Of a stretch of DNA of 64,000 nucleotides, positions 38,693-51,041 are shown piece after piece. The stretch comes from Octopus sinensis (lineage: Eukaryota), in contig NC_042997.1 in assembly GCF_006345805.1 (NCBI RefSeq), forward strand, positions 182,962,001 through 183,026,000, read 5' to 3'. How positions within the stretch are numbered: position 1 is the stretch's first letter; every line of letters starts with the position of its first letter. The notes below the pieces were generated by a model, which ran no database searches, was not told where the DNA came from, and saw nothing but the letters and a program-made list of their open reading frames with translations. Both the position numbers and the translations under genes were made by a program.

Positions 38693-40515
38693 CAGCGAAA
38701 ATATCTTAGGAATGAGAATCCAGGTTCGAAATTTCCTCCAAGGCACTTGATGAAGGCTGGAGGGTATATCAGCCGAAACGTTGTGTTAACAACGAACAAG
38801 ATGAGGACAAATATCCGTCTAATGTAAATAATGTATCAGTCAACTAGTTAATTAATTAACTACTAAAATGTTTGAACAATTAGTCGGTTCACAAGTATCC
38901 TGTCGACGCCGTCTGTAACTTCATAAATTACCTGCTTTCGTCTACTCTACGCATGAGAGTATATCTTCAATGAGGACACAGGCGGCTGCGAAAGTATTCT
39001 TGAAGTCGCAGACGGCTAGCTACAAAAGGACACCGACTGATTGGTTAACTGATTGATTGAGTGGGTGAAGAAATAATTGGTTAAATGTTGACAAATAAAA
39101 AAAGAAAGAAAAAAGAAGCTAAATATAACCAGTGTGTGTTATCATATTGACAAAATAGCCCTTTCGATTTTCAAAGACTGTTTAACATGCGGTGGTGATG
39201 TAAAAAAGTGTAAGTAAATTGCGATAGATACCAGAAGTAGTGAAATCCCATCATTTCATCATATTTATATAGCATGAAAACATTGCATAGAACGTTCATA
39301 TATTTTTTCACCCTTTTCCCTTATTTATACAGATACGGGATAAATGAAGCAACTCTAGTTTAGCACTATCACCTGAGTTTTGTTCTTGGCAATTATACAC
39401 CACTCTTGAGTAGTCTGTACATAGCAGTTGTTTTCAACTCCATTTCCGGTCACGTGTAAATCGCGAGTCTATCTTGCGTGCAGACCCCATTTCAACCAAT
39501 CAGGAATTTTTTGTTCACGTGATAATTGTTAGAACTTTCCTTCAAAGAAGGACTTCTAGCGCTAAGGACCAGAGGGAATTGGAACCCCATTGGTTACGGT
39601 CTCTGGCGAGTTCCTCTCTCGACCTGTTTTCACAGCTTCATACTCAAACCAGCGCGATTCTCCTAATAGCTGTTCTCACAGTTCTATACCAAACCCGGAG
39701 ATGGATGATGAATCAACGCAACTATACATAATTGCAACAATCTGAAGAATCACTTTAATTATCTCCGGCACCTCAAAACACGATGTTCATACAAGATTAC
39801 TTTGTCATAACCAACTCTACAGATCTTGTTAGATCAACAAAATTTAAAGAATGGTTCGCAACTTCACAATTATATATATGTAACCTAAACTCATATAGGA
39901 AGTCTATCCATCGGATATCAAATGCACCACTCAATAAACACTCACAATACCCGGTCTGGGAATCGAAACCGCGATCCTATGACCGCGAGTCCGTTGCCCT
40001 ACCCACTGGGCCATTGCGCCTCCTGTGATAATAGTATTGAATATAGAGATAATGATAGTGGAGGATATGTTACTTGACAGAGTTGTAGTAATTGTTAAGG
40101 AAATGGATATCAAAACGGAAAAACCGTGTAATAGCTGTGATTTCTGTACACAGTAATCACTTTCACGGCTCTGCAAAGTGTTTATAACTCCAGCCGTGTA
40201 TAAATATTATTGCTTTGTAAATCAATGTATCCTTAACTTTTTCATTACTGTTTTGAGTTCAAATAATGCCGAAGTCAACTTTACATTTCATTCCTCAGAA
40301 GTTGATATAAACTGATTGTTCCCTCTCTCGAAATTTCTGGCCTTGTACCTACGTAGATTGGCAGAAGAGCGGTGGTTTGGCGGAATCGTTAGAACGTTCT
40401 GATATTTTATATTCTGAGTTCACATCCCACTGGGGCTAAGATTGTCTTTCATTCTTCCGAGGTCAATAAAATAAAGTACCAGTCATGTACTGTGTCAATT
40501 CTGGCCTTATCTAAA

Positions 40516-41000
40516 TTCTTCTTCTTCTTCTTCTTCTTCTTCTTCTTCTTCTTCTTCTTTCTTCTTCTTCTTCTTCTTCTTCTTCTTCTTCTATGTTCTA
40601 ACTGGACGAGTCACCTATCGTCGCTTTATTCTTTTTAAAAAATTTCTCCAAAGGAATTTTAAAATTTTATTTGTAGTTTTCTTCATCAGATCTCCATGGG
40701 AAAAAGTGCTTAAAAGCTTAGTGTATTTTCCCTAAGTAGAGAAAGTATGGCAATTTTTCTCTACCGTGTGCTCTTAGATGACATCTCGCATAAAAAAATG
40801 TGGACTGCGTTGACATTTAAAGAGAAAGCAGCCTTGACATATACTTGCGATTCCTCGGAGGCTGACACTTGTCGAGAAAATGTGCTTTTGGTTGAGCAAT
40901 TTTCAGAGAAATTTTGTAGCAATAGAATCACCAAAAACATGCCTGGCAGAAAGAGCATAACAACACCACGTCTTAAGTCGACCGAATACTACAGAAGAAG
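40516..41000 (-). mobile_element. unclassified (GAA)n-tailed repeat, longer copy
   Basis: (TTC)n followed by CTATGTTCTAACTGGACGAGTCACC...; homologous to 38143-38404. Confidence 0.65.
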
Positions 41001-41019
41001 GAAAAACAGCATTATCTTC

Positions 41020-41431
41020 GGATCTTTTCGGTTTGAACGGCAGTTTTTTCTAGCGGAGTCATATGAAAATGTCACCCATAATTATGACCCTAGTATCGAT
41101 CTATTGCATTTCAATCTCTTTTAGGGTTAGGGGTGGGGGGAAGGATATCTTTTTTTTTCAGAAATGTAAATAAACCCAATCTGTTTCTTAAACGAGGGAC
41201 ATATTCATACGGCACAGAATGTTTTTTCACCTCAATAGACGTCATTGATTGGTTGAAATTGCAGAAATTGAAGAAAAAAACAACAAATATCTTACAAACT
41301 ATAGAATTTTCTCAATAAAGCCAAGAGAAAAAGATGTTTCATAAACACATTCTACCAGTATACGAAGTTTAAAAGTGTTTAGTTACGTGGAAAATTATTT
41401 TAAAAAACTGCCGTTCAAACCGAAAAGATCC
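41020..41431. mobile_element. Merlin-like MITE
   Basis: 29-bp TIR GGATCTTTTCGGTTTGAACGGCAGTTTTT; 8-bp TSD TTATCTTC/TAATCTTC; internal TTAGGGTTAGGG. Confidence 0.9.
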
Positions 41432-41589
41432 TAATCTTCATCACCAAAACCATCTCTATCACTGCTCCCACTATGGTATCTAACGACACCAACAACAACA
41501 ACGCAAATATAACTTGCATCAATAACAACTCCTCGCCTGTGACTACTGACTTAGTGAAAGAAAACTGGTTAACATACAGTTCGTCGCCG

Positions 41590-42000
41590 TAAAAAGTGAA
41601 AGTAAATTGTCCTTAAAAAACGGCAATGATATACTAACATTTGATAAAAAGAGCGGGAAGAACTCCATACCCGCTTGCACGCGTGAAGTACTTTGGCCTG
41701 TTACAAGGCATTGGAACACTTTTGATATTCGATGGGTGGCTTCATATGTGGGTCTCAACAACTCCTAAACTCATAAATTTGTCAACCATTCCCTCGATTT
41801 CGTTGTTCCAAACGATGGCTGTATACATACATAGACTACAGAAAGGAGATAAATGCTCGCCAAAAAGAAACTTAAACAACAATGTGGGACTTGTAGTGAA
41901 AAAAGTCTGTCGTCATTTCCATTTTGTAGGACAATTTATTTCCACTTTTTTACGTCGTAAACTGCACGTTAATCGACAGTAACGTTACAACAGTTACTGT
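41590..42000 (+). pseudogene. Merlin (IS1016/ISXO2-like) DDE transposase relic
   Basis: GTLLIFDGW /frameshift/ ASYVGLNNS*THKFVNHSLDFVVPNDGCIHT*TTERR*MLAKKKLKQQCGT matches the Merlin pattern SDGW..Y...H..VNH...FV.P...HTQ.IE..W. Confidence 0.8.
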
Positions 42001-42012
42001 CAACAACATTGC

Positions 42013-42429
42013 GGATCTTTTCGGTTTGAACGGCAGTTTTTAAAAATAATTTCCACGTAACTAAACACTTTTAAACTTCGTGTACTGGTAGAATGTGTTT
42101 ATAAAACATCTTTTTCTCTTGGCCTTATTGAGAAAATTATATAGTTTGTAAGATATTTGTTGTTGTTTTTCTTCAATTTCTGCAATTTCAACCAATCAGT
42201 GACGTCCATTGAGGTAAAAAACATTCTGTGCCGTATGAATATGTCCCTCGTTTAAGAAACAGATTAGGTTTATTTACATTTGTGAAGAAAAAAAGATACC
42301 CCCCCCCCAACCCTAACCCTAACCCTAAAAGAGATTGAAATGCAATAGATCGATACTAGGGTCATAATTATGGGTGACAATTTCATATGACACCGCTAGA
42401 AAAAACTGCCGTTCAAACCGAAAAGATCC
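42013..42429. mobile_element. Merlin-like MITE (same family as 41020, inverted)
   Basis: Same TIRs; perfect 8-bp TSD AACATTGC (42005-42012 / 42430-42437); internal CCCTAACCCTAA. Confidence 0.92.
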
Positions 42430-42932
42430 AACATTGCTTCCACCTAACCCTCCACATTCACACTATCAAATGCAGCACGTTTATCGCTGTTATCCACACC
42501 AACATAAACAAAGCCAAGTCATTTATAAGAGTCACACAACCGTGAATAGAGGATTCGTTTCCCGACAAGGGAGAGTTCAGGTAAAAATATAAATACTACA
42601 TAGTTAAACCTGACTTGCTCGCATTACCAAAAGTGAAAAAGGATGACATACGAAGAAGGGCTACAAATATCAACGGAAAGACTGTAACGGTTGACAGTTC
42701 TACACCCAGTACAAACCGAAAATTATTGTGTAAAGGATATATGGGTTGTATATGCCACACGAGGCAGGAAAAGCAATATGGTTCGATATCTATACTTAAA
42801 TGAAGAATTTAGAGAAATAGCTACAAATACTTGTTCTTCTGATTAGTATTTAATTACTGCCGTCCTAAGGAGGCAAGAAATCGAGGTGACGTTCAGCAAT
42901 GGACCATCTGGAATATATATGTAACGATATTT

Positions 42933-43555
42933 GGATCTTTACCTTTTGACCTACAGATTTAAAAAATAATTTTTTGTAACTAAATACTTTCAAACTTCGG
43001 ACACTGGTAGAATGTGTCATATAAAACATCTTTTACTTTTAGCATTTTTGAGAAAAACTTATATTTACGAAGTTATTTCACGTTAAAGTTGTCCTATTTC
43101 AGTAATTTCAACCAATCAATGACGTGTATTCAGCTGAATAAAATTACTGCTGTTGTTTGTCAACAAGAACTTCCGGTGGTGTATATTTCGTTTGTCACTG
43201 TTATTTATGAAAACCCTAACCCTAAAGCCCTAACCCCTACCCTAAAACCCTAACCCTAACCCTAAAACCTTAAAACCAGTACAAACGCACGAACGATGTC
43301 ATAGATAACAGTGACAAACGAAAAACACACCACCGATAGTTGTTGTTGACAAACAACAGCAGTAATTTTATTCAGCTGAATACACGTCATTGATTGGTTG
43401 AAATTACCGAAATACGAGAACTTTAACGTGAAATAACTTCGTAAATATAAGTTTTTCTCAAAAATGCTTAGAGTATTCTACCAGTGTACGAAGTTTGAAA
43501 GTGTTTAGTTACAAAAAATTATTTTTTAAATCTGTAGGTCAAAAGGTAAAGATCC
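42933..43555. mobile_element. foldback Merlin-like MITE
   Basis: Arms of ~270 bp starting GGATCTTTACCTTTTGACCTACAGATTT; perfect 8-bp TSD CGATATTT; central (AACCCT)n-like spacer. Confidence 0.92.
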
Positions 43556-45685
43556 CGATATTTTAGGTGGAGTGAATGGTCACCATTTGTAACGATATAT
43601 TTTAGGATATGTGTTGGAGTCGGCTGTTACTAATTGTAACGGATATTGATGTTGCAGATGTGCAAGATGAAAGAAGAACAGTGATCAAAGTTGCTGTTGA
43701 CTCCAAATTTTTAATTACCGTTACTTAAAATATTGCCATGCCTCAACGGGCTGGTGTGTGTGTAATAATATAAGTGGAAAAGTATGCGGGGTAAAGAAAG
43801 TAAATTTCGGCTTGCATGTATGTGTAGGCGATCTCATAGTAGTATATATATAGAGAGATGGTAATGTTGCAGAGGAAAGAAATTGAGCTAATGAAAGCAA
43901 GAGGGTGTGGGACGACACAACTTCTGCATTGGTTTAATTCTTTCTAACTCCATAGTTGTCACTCTGACGTTACTTCAGTCGAGACAGCATTTCGTTTGAA
44001 CCGGTCAACTTTCCTTCTATCAGTTGCTCTCACTAACTTTTCCCTGAAGGCTGCTAGAATTTATAAGAATACAAGAAGCAACCAAAACAAAGGATATTTT
44101 GTGGGATCCATTGTTATCTCAATTCACTTATCTGCCGCAGACGAGGTTAGAAGGTCAAGTGGCAAAGACATAAATCGACCTAGCGAAACCATCTGATAAA
44201 TGTAACTGTCATTATTGTTTTCTCTGTGAGAAAAGTGCTGTTGAAATGTTAAAGGAAATTGGCAGATTCAGGTTCGAATCTACTCTATGCCTAAATGAAG
44301 TCACTACATATTCTCTATATATAAAACTGAAATGCATTTCGACCGTTTGTATCGCTTTCAAGGTCACTACATCCCGTCCGATTGACTCCAAAATTTACAG
44401 GGACATGTAAAATGAGGTGACGATGACCGTGGGCTACCTTAGAAATCCCTATCTTAAAAGGTGTCGTTGCTAGGGCCAAAAACCTACTTTGACAAGTCCA
44501 CTGGCGTTCTTTAATGTATCTGTCTTCCTCAACTCACTCTCGCTATTTCCTCTCTTCCCAGCACTTTTTCACTCACTCTATTTCCTACCTTACTACTTTC
44601 ACTTCGTCAAACCGCGTTCTTTTATGTATCTGTCTGCATTCATAGAGAGAAATATCATCGCCATATGCAACGCGTCTATCAACGACAGCCGCAAAATTTT
44701 AAATATTCCTACTTCACCTCTTTCAGAAACGTAACAGATATTATTTTTTGTGGCGGGGTTAAAGGCCACTAGATCCTGTCGGATTCACTCCAAAATTTAC
44801 ACCTTTTCTTTCTACCTCTAACTCCCCTTCAATCATCGCCACCACCACCACCACCAACACACAATCATGACAATCTTTCTCTTAAAACAAATCATGTTTA
44901 CATTGCAAAATATTTCATTTTTCAGTCCTCTCTTTCATATATCACCCTTTCTTTCTCGAGCTCTCTCTTTCCCCCCTTCCATCCCTTTTCTCTCTATCAA
45001 TTTATTTCTATGCTCAAGCCGACCGTCGTTAACAAAAATTTTTCTGTAAGTTTTACAAATTTTTCCAATTTTCATATATTTACATCTTAACTATTTTATT
45101 CGTTTTCTCATTCTAAACAAAATCAACTTTAGGTTTACAAATATTTCATTTTCCAGATTTTATTTTCAATATGCCTAGGCGTAAACACTCCAACTTATCA
45201 AACCACCGAGCTACAGTCAGGAAATTGAAAAGGAGGGAGGCACATGCTCGGGTAATTTTTTGATTACTAAATAGCCTTTTTATCTAAAAGACAAATTTTT
45301 CTAATACGGGCTTTTCACTTGCCTTCTGGTGATAACTTACCGTTAAAAAAAAATTTTTTTTTAACATTTTACTTTACTGAAAATATTAAAATCATTAACA
45401 TAATCCCTCATTCGCTATCTTTTCTGCATTTTTCTAAGCTATACTCAAATCACATTTTTCCAATGTTTTAACTGTCAATTTAAAAAAAAAAGGATTCATA
45501 TTTTATAAGTTCAATGAAAATGAGCTCTTCGTACTTTTAAAATTTACTGAGAAAAACTTACAATATACACCCCTATTTTTCATAATTTTTTAATGCACAT
45601 TGCTTTTTATCCTCCTTTTCTCCATGAAGGATCAATCACATATTTATTCGGTTCATTTATATATGTGTGTGTGTCTGTGTGTGTG

Positions 45686-45730
<45 letters not shown>

Positions 45731-45734
<4 letters not shown>

Positions 45735-46186
45735 TTGTGTTAGTAATACCAGCGATTATAATTATTTTTATTTTATCGCAATTTGATTTGTTTACATATT
45801 TCTCGATAAATTATGAGCGCCAGGCGATATACCAGAATTCCCTAGTGTTGTCGGGACGTTCGGAGTCTGCGCAGTGATATGATTAGTTAGGAAGAGTAAA
45901 TCATTAGACGCACATGCTTCTAGTGAGTTAGGATCCCAGAAAAACAGGGTCTCACTGAAGAATTCTCCCTGGGCAAATAAATTATCTTTATTGCTGAAAA
46001 GAAAGAAACTGCAGTCTGAGAATTTACCGGTTTAGTAAATGTTTTTATCTTCATTTCACTTAATTTATCAAGCTTCTGTATTCCTAGCACATATTTCGCC
46101 TTAATGTACTGATATATGAAAAATATATGGCTTGTGTTAGTAATACCAGCGATTATAATTATTTTTATTTTATCGCAATTTGATTT

Positions 46187-46190
<4 letters not shown>
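45731..46190 (+). mobile_element. retrozyme-like unit: 397-nt monomer plus ~60-nt terminal redundancy, with HHR
   Basis: TGGCTTGTGTTAGTAATACCAGCGATT...TTGTTT occurs at 45731 and again at 46128; hammerhead at 45950-46021. Confidence 0.75.
45950..46021 (+). ncRNA. type-I hammerhead ribozyme
   Basis: TCTCA-CTGAAGA-...GCAAATAAA/TTTATTGC...-GAAA-CTGCAG-TC-TGAGA (GUC triplet, palindromic stem III). Duplicate at 46550-46621. Confidence 0.8.
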
Positions 46191-46222
<32 letters not shown>

Positions 46223-46294
46223 TATTGGATATATGTTATCCCATGGAGGGTTGCATTTACAACCCCTATCTCAATTTCTATATATATATATTAT

Positions 46295-46330
<36 letters not shown>

Positions 46331-46331
<1 letters not shown>

Positions 46332-46786
46332 GGCTTGTGTTAGTAATACCAGCGATTATAATTATTTTTATTTTATCGCAATTTGATTTGTTTACATATT
46401 TCTCGATAAATTATGAGCGCCAGGCGATATACCAGAATTCCCTAGTGTTGTCGGGACGTTCGGAGTCTGCGCAGTGATATGATTAGTTAGGAAGAGTAAA
46501 TCATTAGACGCACATGCTTCTAGTGAGTTAGGATCCCAGAAAAACAGGGTCTCACTGAAGAATTCTCCCTGGGCAAATAAATTATCTTTATTGCTGAAAA
46601 GAAAGAAACTGCAGTCTGAGAATTTACCGGTTTAGTAAATGTTTTTATCTTCATTTCACTTAATTTATCAAGCTTCTGTATTCCTAGCACATATTTCGCC
46701 TTAATGTACTGATATATGAAAAATATATGGCTTGTGTTAGTAATACCAGCGATTATAATTATTTTTATTTTATCGCAATTTGATTT

Positions 46787-46824
<38 letters not shown>

Positions 46825-46875
46825 TATTGGATATATGTTATCCCATGGAGGGTTGCATTTACAACCCCTATCTCA

Positions 46876-46920
<45 letters not shown>
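46331..46920 (+). repeat. 600-bp tandem duplicate of 45731-46330
   Basis: Apparently identical sequence offset by 600 bp, bounded by (TA)n tracts. Confidence 0.9.
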
Positions 46921-46925
<5 letters not shown>

Positions 46926-47189
46926 TATATATATATAAACTTAAATCACATTTTCCAATGCTTTAACTGTCAATTTCAAAATAAAAGTATTCATATTTTA
47001 TAAGTTAAATGTAAATGAGCTCTTCGTTTTTTTTTAATTTACTGAGAAAAACTGACAATATACACCCCTATTTTTCATAATTTTTTTATGCACATTGCTC
47101 TTTATCCTCCTGTTATCCATGAAAACAGTACTAGAAAAACCCCACGTCGCCAGACATTCTACAAAGCCTAATTATCATTCAGAGAAGTA

Positions 47190-48525
47190 TGAACATTTTT
47201 ACACATACAAAATTCATGGACAGTGCTACCATCAAATGGGAAGTCTTCGGCCACTGCCTGGTAAAGAGCCTACATTAATGCAGGTTTTCTTTGTTGGTGG
47301 TCACGATGAGGAACTTGCTATCAGGAAAAAAAATAATCCAAAACTAGAGCAGCATGTTATTGAAGTACTTCAGATGATGCTCCACCAGACTCATCCTTAC
47401 GTTCGTTAGTTCAAAAATGCTATGGATACATTGGATTCTCAACCTCATTTAAAATTGGTGATACATGCCGACAAAACTCCTGCCGGTGAGCACCCTGGTC
47501 GTTTCAACGCTCCAGCTACGAATGAAGTTGCAGCACTCATGGTCGATGAGGTCCATGGAAATCGTGACATAATCCTCCGTCAGCGCGACGAAGACGTGAC
47601 TTTTGTTTCAGAATTACACCGATGTTACGATTGCTTGCAGTACCCTCTCCTTTTTCCTCATGGAGAGGATGGATACCACTTAGAAATTCAAAAGTTTGAT
47701 CCCACAATTCTCACACTTCTTGACAAGAACGTTTCCTGCAAGGCATTTTACGCCTATCGACTCATGCTGCGAGAAAACGATTTCAATTTATTACTAAGGT
47801 GCCATTCTTTGACCAATCAGTTTTTGGTCGACATGTATTGTAAAGTTGAGTCCGAACGTTTAAAATACATTCGTTCTCACCAGGACCAATTGAGAGCGAC
47901 AGAATACGTTAATCTAGAGGATGCAATGCGTCAAGACGGTGATGCAGCCAACGTTGGAAAACGTATTATTCTTCCTTCAACATTTATTGGCTCACCTCGG
48001 TATATGAATAAACGAATGCAGGACGCAATGACATACCTCGGTAAGTTTGGAAAGCCGGATCTCTTCATTACATTTACCTGCAATCCTACCTGGCCAGAGA
48101 TTAAAGAGAATGTGTTCACTGGGCAGCTGTCAGAGCACAGACATGACATTGTGGCGCGCGTTTTTCATGCCAAGTTGAAGAAAATGGTATTTTTACTGAA
48201 GGTTTTGCATATTTTTGGCCCACTGTCTGCTTGGATGTATACTGTGGAATGGCAGAAGAGAGGTCTTCCACACGTTCATATGCTAGCCTGGTGTCAGGAT
48301 AGAATCCACCCTATGGATATTGACAGAATTATATCTGCTGAGTTGCCCGATCAAAATGCTGATCCTCAGCTGCACAGCAGTGTGACAAAGCATATGATTC
48401 ACGGTCCATGTGGTGACCTTAATCCGATAAGTCCATGCATGAAGAATAAAAGATGTTCGAAGCGGTACCCTAGAGACTATTGCGGTCAAACCTGCACTAC
48501 GAATGATGGATATCCCATCTACTGA
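47190..48525 (+). pseudogene. Helitron Rep (HUH endonuclease) domain; open 47422-48525, with premature stops at 47409 and 48525
   Basis: TYKIHGQCYHQMGSL, FNAPATNEVA, LQYPLLFPHGEDGY, ILPSTFIGSPRYM, PDLFITFTCNPTWPEI, VEWQKRGLPHVHML, MIHGPCG, GYPIY*RR. Confidence 0.95.
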
Positions 48526-48549
48526 AGGCGTAACCCTGGAAAAAGAACT

Positions 48550-50110
48550 TAGGATTAGATTTTATATTTTCCACTGCTCGGAGTTCCCTTAGCGAAATTT
48601 CTTATTCATAAGATAGTTTTAAGTCCATTTCGATGTTCTTTATTATTGTTTTTGTTTTGTTTTGTTATGTCTTGTTTTTTTACAATCTCATCTATTGCGT
48701 GAGTTAGTTGTTTTTAGTTGTTTTGTTAGTTTGGTTCTGTTACATATTAATATCCGGCTATCTTGTGGAATCAAGTTCTTGCGGGAAGAAGCGAGTTTAT
48801 GTGGGGCATGCTTTCGACAGACCCTGATTGACTCTTAGTACAGAAACTTCAATCCCTCGTTAACATAAAGGTTGCCAATATCCTGAGACCAGTTTATTTT
48901 GAGGATTTCAGTTTCGATTTCCTTCCACTTGGCCTTCTTGAAATTCAAATTCATGAGGAGTGAGTCACGTTTGATACTATTTGTGTGTGTTACCTTCTTT
49001 GAACCATACACAGATAATTGTACAAACTTGTGATCAGAAATAGCCGCTGGAATAACTTGAACATTGTGAATGAAGTCTGTATTGATAGTAATAACTATGT
49101 CGAATATGTTATTTTCCCTAGTTGGTTGGGTAATGATTTGTTGCATGAGAAGAGCGTTCATATCCAGTTCAGTTTTATAGTTCTTGGTTGGATGTAGCCC
49201 TCAGAACAGCTAAGACTAAGAAAATTAGTCACTTGTTATTGGCCTCACTTTGGGTTTGATTTATGAGCGACAAAGCATCTCTGAAGTGATCTCTGTGGTT
49301 TACTGTGTCAAGAGGACGGTCACATGTACTATTGAGGTCGGTCACATGTACTATTAGTGTATTGCACACTGTGTTGAAATGGGAGAGGCGGACATCTTTT
49401 GACAGATCTTCACGGTTGAAGAGCGCTACTCGTTCTTTCCCTATTCTGCAGTTAATTCTGTTTAGTGCATGACATATGTACTTGCGCATCCAATATGTCT
49501 GGGGTTGGGTGCGCTTCACTAAGTGCTACACATATTGTCTTTTCTCTGTATGCAACGTCTCTAAGATATGATACTTTTGTTCGATTTGCTAAGTGTGGGA
49601 CATTGTACATTTAGTATTATTATCCAGTTGACTTTGTGGGTTTATAACAATAATGATGTTGTGCACTAGAGTAATAGCTGTTATTGGTGTTCTGTAAGAA
49701 CTAAAAGGTTTCTTTATATTTCTTTTGCCAGATTCATCATGACTAAAAAAATTATTTTCTTGTTTTGGGAGGGGTTGTTGTCTGGAGTTGCTATGGTTAT
49801 ACTGTTGAATATTGTTATCGTTATATGGTTTGCAGCTACTGATTTTACTATTGTACCCGATGTATATCTGGGTGACTTCTGGGTTTCGATGAAAGTCTGG
49901 ACCGACACTGCCAATGTAAGGGATTCTTCTGTGGACTTGGTGATGGCTTTGACTCCCGCTTTTAATGGTGCGTCGAGTAGCTGGATGATGAGTGAAGGGA
50001 CAGTCACATTTCAGACATAATCTTTTGCGTTGGGAAAAGCGACAGACTTTAGGATTCCGGGTTACACGTGTAGAAGCTTGTAGAACGACCGTGCGAAAGG
50101 AGAGATGACG
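48550..50110 (-). mobile_element. CR1-clade LINE 5' fragment (ORF1 Cys/His fingers and APE endonuclease)
   Basis: QQIITQPTRENNIFDIVIT...AAISDHKFV...LNFKKAKW is an APE C-terminus. PKVCRFSQRKRLCLKCDCPFTHH is an ORF1-like CCCH motif. Confidence 0.8.
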
Positions 50111-50996
50111 AATGAATGACTCCTTTAAACATCGCACAGTCGCCATACAATAAAAGCCAAAATATGGATAAATGAATATGAGTGCCAGAATGAAATAAGG
50201 AAGACGACACAATCGGAAAATGTTTAAGAGAAAGCTTTTATTTAGATGTTAAAAGAATGTGCCCGTGTGTGCGACATAAGTACATACATAATAAGAACAA
50301 TAATAATAAACAGGCCGTCATGCATATAATAATGTGTATGTGTGTGCAAACAAGGATGTATGCGTGTGAGATAAAATACAGAGCATAGAAATGAGTCTAT
50401 AACAGGACGCTAGAAGTTCAGGCACAAGATGAAGATAATACCAGTTCGTAGTCAGGTATACAATAGTTGGAGTTTTGTACAAGAAGTTGAGGTCACAAGG
50501 CAGAGCCCGTTGAACACATGTCGTGTAAGCGGTTGTGGCTTCTATGCTGTGCCGGGTTACTTGGTAGAGAAGGTACTCGCAGGTTGAGCTTACTGTTAAC
50601 TATGGTGAAGTATTCACAAACTCTGAGAAGTTAAACCTAGGCGAAGTTGCTGTTGGCGTCGTTAAGATGAAGGCGACGGTGGTGGAGGCGACGGAGATGG
50701 AGGTCCTGAAATGCTGCTAGTGTTGTCTATCGTTGGAACTGGCTGTGTCGCTCTGTGGTCAGTAACTAGACCTTAGAAGGTCTAGAACCAAAGACAAAAA
50801 TACTGTTTGTTGATCTAGCTTTTATAGTTACTAGGAGGCGGCTCCAACAGAGAATTTAGAAGACTGTTTCACGGGACCTTATCAGAAGGCTGCAATTGGT
50901 TGGGTCGCACACTGGCGCGTAATAGAACAAGAGACAAATTGCGCCAATACTAACGAAGGTTAGCTGTTATCTGCTACGTCCGTATTTATGTTATAT

Positions 50997-51041
<45 letters not shown>

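Larger units (their letters stand above)
37925..38835. mobile_element. inverted dimer of tRNA-headed HHR-SINE (copy 2), with nested insertion
   Basis: Same architecture as 16444-17173 in the opposite orientation; degenerate TSD ATTAATCAAC/ATCAGTCAAC. Confidence 0.85.
44312..48545 (+). mobile_element. Helitron, 5' portion (helicase half missing)
   Basis: 5' TCTCTATATATAAAA start; short first exon MPRRKHSNLSNHRATVRKLKRREAHAR|GT (45171-45251); Rep domain downstream. Confidence 0.8.

Noticed and set aside
43212-43272. Telomere or fusion-site remnant
   Set aside because: Short degenerate tracts internal to TSD-flanked MITEs.
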